NCBI RefSeq assembly: GCF_036321535.1
Contig: NC_087437.1
Coordinates: 23,872,001-23,936,000 of the forward strand
DNA length: 64,000 nucleotides
Reading direction: 5' to 3'
Source of the DNA: Camelus dromedarius
Taxonomy: Eukaryota
Shown: piece by piece, positions 49,911-63,109 of the stretch
Layout of the letters: every line of letters starts with the position of its first letter
How positions within the stretch are numbered: the first letter of the stretch is position 1
Translations under genes and position numbers: made by a program
Notes under the pieces: generated by a model
Told to the model about the DNA's origin: nothing
Databases searched by the model: none
The model's input: the letters and a program-made list of their open reading frames with translations, nothing else

Positions 49911-52160
49911 CTACGGGATAAAGTTGATTGTGCCGTATTTTACATGGTGTTTTCCCTACTACTGCTGCTCCTCCTCCCACCATTCTGGATAGAATATTCA
50001 TTACCACTTTTGTGTTTGTATCACTTTATCATCTTAAAAGTCTTTGTGAGAAATGGTGGATGTTCCCATCTGTGATCAGGGCTACTCACCGTTGCTTGAT
50101 GACCTTGAATCACCAAATCTGGAAGAGGTTTAACTCCGTGTGTGTGCCGTGGCTCTGCCTATACACTTCCTGTGAAGACGATCAAGATGCAGCACACAAA
50201 TGACCTCAGCAAAGACATTTCCTGCATGATTCTAAATCGTTTTAGATTTTGTGCAATGACTGTTTAGCTCTTAAGTGAAAAACAGCAAATCAGATTTGGG
50301 AATCTACTTATTATTATATGCTTAATCTTTATGGTTGCCTATAACTAACTATTTGATAACAGAAGATTACTCAGTGTCCTTGGAAAAATGGGAATAGTTA
50401 CATTCACGAAATTGTTTGAAATCATAAAATTGTATGCAGTCTGTTAATCAAAAATAGTAATTCCTGATCTTTTGTGTTGTGCATGATGCATCTATAAAAA
50501 CGGTCTGTTTCTTGTTGGATAGGAAAAAATAACATCGAATTTCACCCTCCTACATACAAAATCAGCACATTTTCTTTTCCAGATTACAGAGAGAACAAAG
50601 TGAGTATTCAGTGGAAATTGTATTTCCATGAGTCTGATGCTATAGCTGAGCAGAGCTGATAATGTGAAGTGTTGCTGCCACCTGCAGCATGAAAGGCATT
50701 AAAAGTATGTGTTACCTAATCCATATAACTGGGTTTTGAACAACTCACTTAAGTAAGAATTGTTTAATTTCCCTATTAGCCTTTCTATGTATTTTCTACT
50801 GCTAGCTTTCAACATACTTAAAGTGTAATATATTTTAAAACATTCAAAGTACTTGTGAATATGATATAGGTACCAAAATGAATCCTGAGGTTATGTTTAT
50901 TTTTTAATTACATTAAAATTAATTTCTAAAAAGCAATTAAATGGTAGACTAAAATAGCTTGTATGATTTATTGATACCAGGAAATATTTTCTAAATCTAT
51001 TGCTTGACAAAGTTTAAAAAGTGACTTCAAAATATCTAAACTTACTCTCCAAGAGAATTTTTTCCCCAGATTTGCTCATTATCTATTTATTCTGTTATAT
51101 GCAGTAGTAACCACAGAGGTATTCACAAGAATGATGCCAGAGGTATATTATTAGTGGATAAAGGATTTCAAGTTGCTGTTTATGTATTGTTTTCCAAATA
51201 GAGATATCTCAGTGTTGATGAGAATATAACTTACTCGAGCGTTATAGGGATGAGTCACCTCTATCCTAGGTTTCTGAATTCTCATTCTGTGTATTTTAAA
51301 AGTCCTTCTTCTGCCATTTCTTGTGCAAGCATATTCTCATCTCGTTTGTCAAGGTAGACTAAAAGCTAACAGCTCTGTAAAATTTGGCAAATTACTTAAC
51401 TTTCCTGAGCATTGTTCCTGTCATCTGTGCCTTTGGGCTTATAATAATCATTTTGCACTGAAATAGATGAGAATTGCATGTCAGAAGTCTAGCACAATGT
51501 CCAAAACATGCTCATTAATGTTAGCTTTTATATATTCATCAAAAATTGTTTGATCATATTTGGTATTGTTTCAGACAAAATGCCATATTTTTGTATTTGA
51601 AATCTCTTATATTTCTATTGTAACTGATCTTTAAAAACCTGATATTTATAATGAAATGGGAAATGTCCAGAAAATACATTTTCAATTAATTTGATAATAA
51701 TATTTAGCAGATAAGTCATAAAATACTGACTCAGACAGCAAGACATAATATGGTTTTCTCCTTTTCTTTAACAAGATTTTAGTTCCTTTATTTTTTTCTC
51801 TTAAAAATAAATCATAGATTCCTTAAATGATTTAAATTATTGAAATCTGTGATGTCTAAATGTAAGACCTGGGCAGTTGGATGAACAGTCATACATGTCA
51901 CCAAGTACAATGCTCACTTGTTTTGGGAGCAAAAAAAAAAAAAGGTCAAAGTATAAGAAATAGACAAAATCCATTTGCATTTATAGAATTTTTATTAAAA
52001 AGGTGTTTTCCTTTTAAGATAACCCACAGATCCCAAAACAAAATGTTAGAAGAAAGGACAAAATTGCTGAAGTTGAGAACTTAAATTATTATAACCAATT
52101 TATTTTCCCTTTAATTTTAACAGTTAAAGACTATGAAAGAACTGAAAAAAACAGAAATAA

Positions 52161-53644
52161 GGTTTTCAATTTACTTTGCCCAGATCCATCAGAGGAATCA
52201 CTTTCTGTGGTGGCTATAGCCTTACAAAGTGCATTTCTTAAAGAATAAGACTTGAAAGTTGAAATTACTCCTTGATCCATGGGCTGCAGAATGGTTGTTG
52301 TGTTAGCAGGCATGAAAACAACATTAATCTCATTGTATATCTCTTCAGAGCTCTTGGGTGACCAGATGCATTGTCAATGAAAAGTTTAGGTCTCAACATT
52401 GGACTTAAAGTATTCAGTAAACCATATTGTAAATAGATGTACTGTCATCCAAGCTTTGTTCCTCTATTTATAGATCACAGAAAGAGTAAATCAATTTAGC
52501 ATAAGTCTTAAGAGCTGTAGGATTTTCAGAATGGTAATTGAACATTGGCTTCAACTTAAAGTCCCCAGCTGCAGTAACCCCTAACAAGAAAGTCATCATG
52601 TGTTCTGAAGGCAGGCATTGGCTCCTTCTCTCTAGCTATGAAAGTCCTAGATGACATCTTCTCTAATCATCTGCATTGACAATCTGTTGTTTAGTGTGGC
52701 CACCCTCATTAATGATCTGAGCCAGATCTTCTGGATAACTTGCTGCGGCTTCTACATCAGCGCTTACTGCTTCCCCTTGTACCTCTACGTTGTGGAGATG
52801 GCTTCTTTCCTTAAACCTCATAAACCAAACTCTGCTACCTTCAGACTTTTCTTCTGTACCCTCCTCACCTCTCTCAGCCTTTACAGAATTAAAGAGAGTT
52901 ACAGCCTCGCTCTGGATTAGGCTTTGGCTTAAGAGAAGGTTGTGGCTGGTTCGGTCTTCTATCCAGACCACTCCAACTTTCTCCATATCAGCAATGAGCC
53001 TATTTTGACTTCTTATCATTCCTGTGTTCACTGGAGTAGCACTTCTAATTTCCTTCAAGAACTTTTCCTTTGCATTCACAGTTTGGCTAACTGGTGCAAG
53101 CAGCCTAGCTTTCAGCCTGTCTTGGCTTTCAACATGCCTTCCTCACTAAGCTTATTCATCTCTGGCTTTTGATTTAAAGTGAGAGACATGCAGCTCTTCC
53201 TTTCATCTGAACACTTAGAGGCCACTGCAGGATTATTAGTTGGCCTAATTTCAATACTATTGTGTCTCAGGGAATAAGAAGGCCCAAGGAGAGAGAAAGA
53301 GAGAGATGGGGGAACAGCTGGTTGGTGGAGCAGTCAGAGCACAAACAGTATTTATCAATTAAATTCACCTCCTTATAAAGGCCTTGTTCATAGTGCCCCC
53401 AAAACAAGTATAATGGTAACATCAACACTGATCACAGGTCACCACAACAAATATCATAATAATGAAATGTTTGGACTATTACAAGAATTACCAAAATATG
53501 ACACAGAGAATGAGTTGAGCAAATGCTGTTGGAAATGCTGTTGTAGACTGGCTCCATGCAGGGTGGCCATGTAACTTCAATTTGTAAAAAGTGCAGTATC
53601 TCTGAAGTGTGATAAAGTGAAGTGCAATAAATGAGGTGTGCCTG
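52161..53644 (-). mobile_element. Tigger1 (TcMar-Tigger) DNA transposon, truncated or internally deleted, decayed transposase
   Basis: ORFs 52663..53079 ([18 protein letters not shown]...[13 protein letters not shown]...[22 protein letters not shown]) and 52131..52313 ([23 protein letters not shown]); TIR gaggtgtgcctg followed by TA at 53645-53646. Confidence 0.92.
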
Positions 53645-54029
53645 TATCAGACTGTCGTCAGTCAGTGATTGATTACAAACTGCACACTCTTCTGAGAGAA
53701 AATCAGCTACATCCCATGCAATCGACCCCTGAAAATCAGATAATCAGCAACGGCTTCCATCCAGTGAACAGATAGATTTCTGACAGTCAGCCAGTCAGCA
53801 CAGTCTTACTCTAGTAAACATGTTTCCATAGCTAAAGTCCACACTCCAACTTCCAAACTCCACACTTTTCCAAAACCCTAATAAGTTCTCTTCTTTTCTT
53901 TTAAACTGTGTCTTACAAGCTCAGCTCTCCCTTGCCTGAGCAAGCAATATATTCAGTTGTTTTAGGTAGTAAATGATAGAATCTTTATCAGTATTTGTGA
54001 TCACCTTTGCTTACCTGATATTTTTGTTA

Positions 54030-55245
54030 TCTGTGGGTTTATTTATCTGTATTAGGATGTAAGCTCTACGAGGGCAGGTACCTTGTTGCTTTGGTCACTG
54101 CTGCAACTTATTGCTGACATAGGTACCTAGCACATAGTATGAACTTCACAAATATTTGTTGAAGGCATCTTTACAATATGGTCACTTAGCATAACATCTC
54201 CACTGCCTGATAGAGTGCCTAGTGCATAGAAGGAATTCCATAAAATATTATTTAGATTAATGAATGAATTCATTGTCCATGCATGTTTAAAAATATTTGT
54301 TATGGACATCTTTGAAGTAAACCAGAGATTATTCAAATCTCTGTGGATCCATATTATATTTCTCATAAACTCACTAGATGAAAACATGCCCATCTGCCCA
54401 TTTGACATGCCCTTTTGGAAAACTTAAAGGCAATACAAGTTTAATGTGCTTAAAACTGAATCCATGTTCTTTTTCTACCACCAAACCAGATCCCCTAAAC
54501 CAGATCCCCTTCTCATAGTTTGTCTGTCACTAAATGGTGTAGGCCAGAAATGCCCTTTCTCCTTTGAATCTCCATTTTCAACCCAGCATCAAGTAATGGT
54601 GATTTTACCTCCTAAGAGTATCTTGAATCTGCCCACTTCTCTCCTTTTATGAGTGCCACATTAATCCAAGCTACCATTCGCTGTCACCTAAACTACTTTA
54701 GGAACACTAATTGGTCCACGAGCATCCTCTCCAGCCCTCTCACCAATCTAATCTTTCATCAGTCAACTCTATCCTTACAACATTATATCAGATGCTTTGC
54801 TAATAGGACAGAGTGTAAAATCTTTACCATGGCCTACAGACCCCATTCATCCTCATCTTGTACCACATTCTTCTTCATTGTCTGAACTTTAGTCATTGGC
54901 CTCCTTGAAGTCACTTGAGATTGTCATGTCTCCCTCTTCCTCCATCAGAGATACTTTTGTAAATGTTAGTACCTCAGCCTAAAATATTCTTCCTTCTGCT
55001 CTGAATTATTCTTCACATATTAAATCCACCATCATTCTCTCACTCCCTGACCAAGCCACATACCCCTACCTTACTTAAGACCTTGTCTACATTCTGTAAA
55101 CACTTCTCATCTGTGAAATCTAAGTTTTGCTTGTGTCATTATTGGATCAGTAGCTGTCTCTTTAACTAAACTGTAAGCTCCATAAGAGGTGGGGGGCGAC
55201 TCTATTTTTTGGCATATTAAGAGTAAATATGTATTTGTTAAAATA
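54030..55245. mobile_element. L2 fragments
   Basis: ggatgtaagctctacgagggcagg...cctagcacatagta...aaatatttgttgaa; ctgtaagctccataagag. Confidence 0.6.
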
Positions 55246-55247
55246 AT

Positions 55248-55258
55248 GAAAGAAAGAA

Positions 55259-55334
<76 letters not shown>
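55248..55334. repeat. (GAAA)n tetranucleotide microsatellite
   Basis: Direct read. Confidence 0.97.
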
Positions 55335-55335
<1 letters not shown>

Positions 55336-57599
55336 GCATTTGCATCTTGTCAAGACTTTGCCAATATATTTCAGAGGAAACAGAGTTGGAACCTCTGTTC
55401 TGAGAACACAGTGGGCCAAGGAAAGGCAGTGATTGATGCGTAGAGGACCCATCTCATTCTAGACCTGCATTCTTTTCATTAAAATGTTCACTGAGTAGCA
55501 AGAGTCTTGCTAGTCTTTCATGGGCTCATGTTTGGTAGTAAAGGTGGTGCATGGAAGACATTTAAAGATAAGTTTCACCTTTCATGAAGAAGGGGAGAAA
55601 GGATGGGTTCTAATTTGTCGTATGTGCCAATGCAGGAGCAAATACCATAGCAGGTCTTTAGTTAATACAGCCAACTTTAAAATGAATGCCATGTTCTCAG
55701 AAGGATTTTCATACTTGGGAAGTCTCCATGAGATGTAGGTATCAAGTAGCTCTTTTCTTTTGTTTTAGGGTATTTGAATTTTGTTTCCTAAATCCAAAAG
55801 TTTGTCATTAGAAGACTGTATTTACAAATGGTGTTTTCTTTCTCTCATCTTTACCCCACTGTGAAAGTTTCAACTGCTGCTGCTGTGACAGCAATTACAA
55901 AAAAATCTTTCGTTTTAGAAATTAAAGTAAAGGACAAGAAGAAGCTATGAAAGCAGGATCATCTTTAGGGAGAAAATTTGGGACGTGGAGTACAGGGTGG
56001 GGAGGGGGAAGGATGGGTTGCCAGGCAGTCTTCAACATATTGCCTGATTCTTCTTTATTTTCATTTCATTTTGCTCTCCCACCAAGAATTCATAGCAAGC
56101 CTAATGTCTAGCTTGTAATAAGCCTGCAGAAAATGTTAGCTATTCTCCCCATTTTATTGGTTAATAAGCATCAGCTTAAAAACTGCCATTTCCTTTAGCT
56201 GGTTGTAAATGACCATAAATCACACACACGTTAGTAAGATAAAGTAAGATAAAGAGGAAATAGAGGAAAAGCTTCACTCCCCTAAAGCATCACAAAGCTC
56301 TGCAAGGTAACATACTGGAAGCCTGAGGAGGTTCAGAAAGACTCCATGCTCGGTTTATGGATGCACGGCTAGCACACGGCAGAGCCAGGCTCAGGGTGAC
56401 GTCTATCACAGCACATAGGACTTCTGTTCCCTTCCAGAAAGGCATTCAGAAAGGTGTCAAGTAAGGATGAAGAATGCTAAAGGAAACTGAACCAGAAAAT
56501 AGAGGAAAGATTCTTTTCCCTTCATCTTACCCAGTCAAAACCCTTAATCCAGAACCCAGAACCAAACTGATGTGGGCTATCTGAGGAACTTAACTACCAC
56601 ATACAAGATTATTTCCAGATGATAAATTCCTAATTCCAAAGAACTAAGTGACAGAGGCTTGGAACACATTCCCTTTACTAAGTGGGCGATTATCTGGAGA
56701 TTCTTTAAACACCTTATTTGTGGATGGAGATTTGGGTAGTATTTGTGTAATTCTAAAGTAGAGCCTACATGGTGCTTTGCTTAAAACAAATTTGTTTCCT
56801 CATTTTGAAAAGAGGAGAGGGATTATTGTTATTCACAAAAAGAAATTTTCCTCTTTTATGGACGTGGGGAATGTGCGGATAACTAGATGTAATAATCTGG
56901 ACGACTCTGAAAACATTAGGATGGAAGGCATTAATTAAGTGAATTGGCAGTTTCCTGACTTCTGCATTTGCCTCATGTATTAAGGTTTGTTTGTTTTTGT
57001 TTGCTTGTTTTTAAGTCCTGGGAGTTGTCCATTTTTTCAGAGCCTTAGATCCTTTTTGGAATGAACTTTTTCTGCAAATAGATAAAGTTTCTACTCTATC
57101 CACTGCTTTTACCAACTTAGAAGTCTATTAATATGCTTATTTAAATCTCTAGCACAGGTATGCATTTAAAGCATGCTTTGATTTGTAAATATTAGCTTCC
57201 TTATAGAAGGTAAGCATGCCTTTTGCCACTAGAACAAATTGATTTCGTCTATCTTGCGTCTCATTTTTAAACATATTATTTACCCAACTTTTAACTTTTC
57301 CAGTATAACGTAAAAACGTCTCACTGTAATAAGATTAATAAACAGTAAAAAAGACTATGAAAAAAATACTTTAGAAGTCCAGTCCTTTTGATCAGCAAGC
57401 AGCCCTAGTACCAGAAAAACTTCAAAGTGCTTTCTAAACATTGAATTTTCATCAATGATGCTGCAAGCCTTAGCTCTCATCTTTCATGCTTACCATGCAA
57501 TAACTTCAAAGGATAAAAAGAAAGAATGCTCATCTCTCAAAGCAACACTGTGCTGGGGCCAGTCATTGCGTCTTTAACTATCATGCATTCACAACCAGA

Positions 57600-57712
57600 T
57601 AATTGCTTCATTACATTATGCTTTAATAAATATAATAATTAACATTTTGTTACCAAAAAAAAAATCTAATACTCAGACCATTCAGAAATGAAATCCAGAG
57701 CCCAAGGGATTT
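57600..57712 (-). other. PLSCR5: Probable PLSCR5 terminal non-coding exon with ATTAAA poly(A) signal (57627-57622)
   Basis: Acceptor tctaattctttttcattttcttctag|aaat at 57713/57712 pairs with donor CA|gtaagt after 57800; 3' end approximate. Confidence 0.55.
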
Positions 57713-57843
57713 CTAGAAGAAAATGAAAAAGAATTAGACAGCGTCAAATATGGACATCTTCAAAGGGAAAGAGATCATTTAAACTTGTCTTTTACTTACT
57801 GAAATATGTTCTGCATATTTTATTGTTTTTGTCATCTTGCTTG

Positions 57844-57882
57844 TTATAATCCAGCCAGTGAATGTTCAAAGAACATAAAATC
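57844..57882 (-). CDS. PLSCR5: PLSCR5 last coding exon: DFMFFEHSLAGL*
   Basis: tttgtag|GAT acceptor; TAA at 57846-57844; PLSCR5-type C-terminus. Confidence 0.92.
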   Translation of the reverse strand, partial: DFMFFEHSLAGL

Positions 57883-59568
57883 CTACAAATAAATAAGTGG
57901 GATATGAGTGAATTTACAAAGAGGCAACAATTAACATCAAGAGTCTCACATGTAAGCTTTGATTACATAAGGCAATTTTGTTTCCCAGTGGTGCTCCAGG
58001 AACATGTGATTTATCAGTAGGAGAAAAATCATAAAGTTCGAGCTTCATGACACATGTCTAATTTTCAGAGTGCAAGTAACTCGGAAGCCTCATCTGAATC
58101 AGCATGGTATCAGTCAAAATATGGGGTGATCAAGATGTTTTAGAATTCAATTACGGAGTAGTCTGGGTCAGCGTGGGAAGTTGTAATAGACACTGACCTT
58201 TGAGCAAGAGTTAGACGTATCGTTTTGGACTTTGTGGTCAGTAACCAGGCAGTCATCTGAGGAGGTACTGAAAACTCTACCAGAGGGAACTTGTGGGGGA
58301 GGGGTCAGAGCTGTGCGTTGTTCAATGGTGAACTCAGACAAGAAGAGACCAAAAATTTTGTTATACTTGTGAATTTTGTGATTTAGTTCAGGGAATATCC
58401 TCATGCCAGTGGCTTTCTGAAGATCTCTCACCACACGGTAATAAAATGGAGACAGCATTTAAAAATGAAAACATGATTCTTGGTGAGAAATTGTCCTAAA
58501 AGCTATATTGGCAAAGAAAAGTGCAAATATTTTATAATAATATGGTAAACAGGGAGGGAAAAAAAGGATAGGAGCCGTCTGATAGTCTCAGTGAGTGTGT
58601 TTCTCCCTCAGACACTGGAGTTAAAAAGTTACCTTTTTGGATGATTGGGATGTTATCTACATCAGGGCTTCTTCAATTGATAGTCATAGGAAATTGTTGA
58701 CAGTGTCCATTTTTGCCATCAGCGTATTACATACAATAGGTCAGTAGGGCAGGTTAAAGATCATTTTTTAAAATATAAAATTAAGTAAGGGGCTTAACCA
58801 GAAAGGCCAAGTTAAGGTTTTGAGAAAAGGGCATGTTTGTGTGTGTGTGCATGCTTGCATTTGAGAGAGCCTACATGTTTGATGCTGAAATGCAGAATGG
58901 TCCAAAAATAGAAAAGGTGAGCAGGAAGTGGCAGGTGAAAAGCCCCATCAGGCACATAAGGAGAATGGGGAATTGAAGAAGTATTAGGTGGCTGGCAAGA
59001 TTGCCTGGACAGGTTGGATTTGTAGATGAAAATGGGAATGGAGGGTGACTGCTTAGACAGGACAAAGACCTAGCACTCTACATAAATTAATTCTACCTCT
59101 ACCAGTGAGAGGGAACCAGTAAGTTAAAATAACTTCTCTAAAGCTTCTGGGGAAAAAAGTACCAAAATATATTGTTAATTAAACTCTAAGTATTCATCAG
59201 TGGTATCACTAGGGGATTATTTTTAGTTAATATAATTCCCAAGGATCTTTAGAAGAGAATAGTGAATAGAGCCACTTCTTTTCCCCCACAGCAGCACTTA
59301 TGAATATAACCGTAAGATTTAGGATCCTAAAACCCCGAAGAATAACAAAATATGAGAGGAGGAATGTAGGTTTATTTTAAAATTCCGTGAATTTTGGTGA
59401 GAGCACTGAAAACGGTAAGCAATGAGGGAGATATTAGAGGGAAAGTCAGAAACAGAGAAAAGCAGGCCAAGATTTGGCACAGGTATGATTTGACTTCTAC
59501 AACCAATCTAGAAGAAAATGTTTTTAGTGAAACCGTAAGTTGGAAAGAAAGGACAAAGACATGATATC

Positions 59569-60035
59569 TGTCGACTGAAATAAATGCACAGCGTGGAAGT
59601 TGAGAGTTACGTTTTATCTGGCGGGAGGACTTAAGCTGGGATGATTGTTCCGAGAAACTGCTCCAAAGAGGTAGGGGAGGAGCTAGGATACACAGGAATT
59701 TTACAACAAAGACCAGGTAGTTGGAGCATTAAAAGATTACTTGTTAACTGAAGAAAACCAGACATCTCAAGTTAATGAATTTAGTGCTTTTCTATGTATG
59801 GGAGGGAGCAAACATTTGGGCTCATTGAATTCATTCCTTTGATAAGCACCTAGCTATCTAGGGCCAGTATCCTGTCCTTTCTTATTCTGAGTCCCCTCAG
59901 GGTGCACCATTGTGAGTGGCTGCAGAGTCTGGGCTGCAGGCTTGTCTTCACTGGGGGGTGGCGGCAGCCGCTGATGACTTGATGGCTTCAGCATTCTTCG
60001 TTTACTGATATGGTTTGCAGTATTTTTTGTTCACA
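59569..60035 (-). mobile_element. ERV1-class solo LTR (467 bp), TSD TATC, in a PLSCR5 intron
   Basis: TG...CA termini flanked by TATC (59565-59568 and 60036-60039); resembles artiodactyl ERV1 LTRs; orientation inferred. Confidence 0.8.
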
Positions 60036-60537
60036 TATCTTTTAATAACGGAAACTAATACGTATTAACTCATCCCTGTGGACTCAAGTATCTATGTATA
60101 TATTGAAAAGACAAGAAAACTGCTCTTTTCTCATTCTGAGTATCACCTAATGCATTGGTAAGCAATGAAACAGTCCTAAACTTGACCCAGGATAAATAAT
60201 GTGGCTTTGCTGTTTACATATTTTTTCAGTGGAAGTGAAAATAAGCCAAAAGTCTAAAAATTGAAAGAGAAGAGTAATTCAGGTTTTGAGAAATGGTGAG
60301 TTAGGATGTGGATGGGGTATCAATCCTTGAGAAAGAGTGGGTGGGGAACCACTGGAGGAGGGCTGCCAAAAGAAATGCAGGCTCCTACATTCTGGCTTCT
60401 GAAGATTGGTAGTCCCAAACTAGCATTCTGTGCATAAAACTCACTCTTAGGGTAAACGATGTGTAAAATGGGATTGGCTAATTAACAACTGAAAAGGAAG
60501 GAAATAAACCACCTACATTCCTTAAGACCATACTTAC

Positions 60538-60699
60538 AAAGAGAAAACAGGCACCAATCATCGATGCTTTGACTGTGACATCTAGATCTGCAGGAACGTG
60601 AATTCCGAAGTTGTCAGCATTGGTGAAAACGTCATTTACAAAGCCCGACCAGTACTTTGAAATCTTTCCAATTGTAAGCTTTTCGTTAATAGTTTTCAC
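60538..60699 (-). CDS. PLSCR5: PLSCR5 coding exon (162 nt): VKTINEKLTIGKISKYWSGFVNDVFTNADNFGIHVPADLDVTVKASMIGACFLF
   Basis: ctttaaag|GTG acceptor, TTT|gtaagt donor; overlaps ORF 60478..60699. Confidence 0.95.
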
Positions 60700-62323
60700 C
60701 TTTAAAGAGAATATAAGACGTTGTTAATTTGAAGGTGAAACTGAAGGTTTTACTTTGTATGTTTACTTCATGAGAGATAGGAATTATTTTATTCATCATC
60801 TTTAAATGATAATTCGGTGTTATTCAATCCTTCATATAAGCATAGTTGTGAAGATTTAACTTCCCAGTTTACTCTTTAGGAGTTTTGCTTTTCTGACATT
60901 TTTTTGAATCCATCATAATTCCTTTTTTTTTTCTTTTTTATGCAGATTGAGAATTTAATAACAATAAATAATTAAGGCGAAGCTACCACAAGATGGCAGC
61001 AGGTGCATAGTCTCAATTATATGGTCTAACCATGTTGGTAATTCCTTTACCTGAAGTCCAGATTTTAAACCAGAATTCTTCATTTAAAAAAAAGAAAGAA
61101 AGAAAGAAAAGAAAAAAAGAGTATTTTTGAGAAAGATTTTAGGAAGAATTTTTAAAAGAAATTAATTTCTAGATATAAATTTTTATTGCTGAGTTTATAA
61201 TTATTAACACGTTTAAATATCACCAGTCATTGCTTAATCTCATTTTTCTATTACACTCAGACGTTTACTAGGTCATTCCTTTATAACTAACCCTAAGTTC
61301 TATTTTTCACTTAAAAATCCTCTGGGCTAATGTATCGCATGGGGAATTCAGACTAATCTGACATGAAAAGTCTAGTTCAGCTAGAAGGAGTCTACAATTA
61401 AACTTTATCAACTACTCATTTGCTTGCCCTGTTTCCCATTCAAAAGGTTGAAAGTGATTCATTATAAACTTTCACTTTCTGTATGGAGGTAGAAAATAGA
61501 AAATAGAGAAATTATTTAGGACATCCCTATACCATGAATACTAAAACTCAAGTTCTCTTCAATCACAGGACATATTTTTATCTTTTATTCTTAGGAAAGC
61601 CATGCCAAGTCTCTTTCGAGTGGGCTGGAGTTAGGACAGCTCATTTGCTAAATGCACATTGTATTCTAGATGAATAGTGTTCCCTGAAGTCCTGCAGACT
61701 GAAGGTCCTAGGTAGGATAGGCATGAATGAATGGAGTGAATAAATGAAGAAGAAATATACATGTGAAATTAGACTGTCTCCTCTGTCTAAGACATATTTC
61801 TAGGAAAAGTTTTTAAAGATAGTTCATATTCTTACACATTGAATTTGGAAGTAGTTTTTGTTTTTAAACATCCAATTTACACAAATATGTTTTATACGAG
61901 AATAGATTGTTTCACAAAGTGAAGTTAGCAAATCTTATGAACATGGATTTTAAATTGGTGATATTTTGATGTAGTGTGCTCCTGACATGATATCAGAACT
62001 GGGATATGTTCCCAACAGGGATACAGGAAAGATGTAATTTAGATGATTCTAAACTATATGTATTTGCTTTATGCCATAAGAACTGTAATGCCACATCAAT
62101 CAAATTTTTGTGGTATGTTTTAAAAAAATTTTTGGACTTAGTATTGCTGGAATTATGAGTTATTATTGCCAGGTACAATATGGACTTACTACATTATTTC
62201 ACAAGTATATTATTTTCTAAATTTATTTCAGACATATATTATGATTTGAACTTTAAAAAAATTGAATTATGTTGCAAAAAATCAGGACCTAAGTGAAAAC
62301 TTCCTTTGTTTTGTCAATCATAC

Positions 62324-62485
62324 CTCAAAATCCACATCGCCAAAACAGCCACATGTCGCACAAGGACCAACAATTTTCAAAATATCTTCTTTGTTTGCAT
62401 TTTGAATTGTGAATTTAGGCAGAAAGGGGTCCCACTTCTGTGCAACATAACCAACTATAGTACCAGGAGGGGCTTGGATTTCTAA
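62324..62485 (-). CDS. PLSCR5: PLSCR5 coding exon (162 nt): LEIQAPPGTIVGYVAQKWDPFLPKFTIQNANKEDILKIVGPCATCGCFGDVDFE; upstream exons lie beyond the window
   Basis: cttacag|TTA acceptor, GAG|gtatga donor; in frame with the next exons. Confidence 0.95.
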
Positions 62486-63109
62486 CTGTAAGAAGAGATA
62501 ATAATAAAGTAAGATTTTCTAAGGTTATTGTATTTTAATTTTACTATAGTGTCAAATTCTAAACAGGATACTATTATGAAATTATTTTTGTACTCTACAA
62601 AATAGACTAAATATCTGCTTCTACGTTCTGGTTTTTTCATGATTTATAGAAACAAAGATATGCACTGTATCGATACAAGTTCAGTATTGTGTGCTAAAAG
62701 TCCACGTCTTTGATCTTACTTTCCTAAGGAGAACTTATCCCAGAGCTGTCTTCTGATGCTGGGACACTAGCTTTGCCATTTTTGTTCCAAGTACAATAGC
62801 TGGTTGAGCATTGAAGCTATTTCCTATAAGGTACTTCATATCCACTCCCTTTCTGTTGTTGTTGAAACACATATCTAATTTTAATCCTCACTTACCAATT
62901 ATTAAGCATTCATGATTTTTTTTCTCTTCAGATTGTCAACTTCTAGCCTTTCTGTGTTCAATAAAAAACAAATGCTTCTTGCAGAGTTACAGTCATTACA
63001 CACCAATTTGATTTCTGTTTCACTTCGTCCAAAGTGTTAAAGAGTAACAATTGCATTTCCAGGCCTGAGTTCAGTATTTTGCCCCATTACCCTTCATTCC
63101 CCTAATTTC

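Noticed and set aside
50571..50606. Plus-strand 17-nt micro-exon-like signal (ttttccag|...aaa|gtgagt)
   Set aside because: An isolated signal pair without a host transcript; expected by chance
52131..53079. Possible domesticated TIGD1-like transposase gene
   Set aside because: Fragmented by stops, frameshifts and deletion; an ordinary decayed Tigger1
55162..55452. ORFs with KKER/FFLS repeats
   Set aside because: Translations of the (GAAA)n microsatellite
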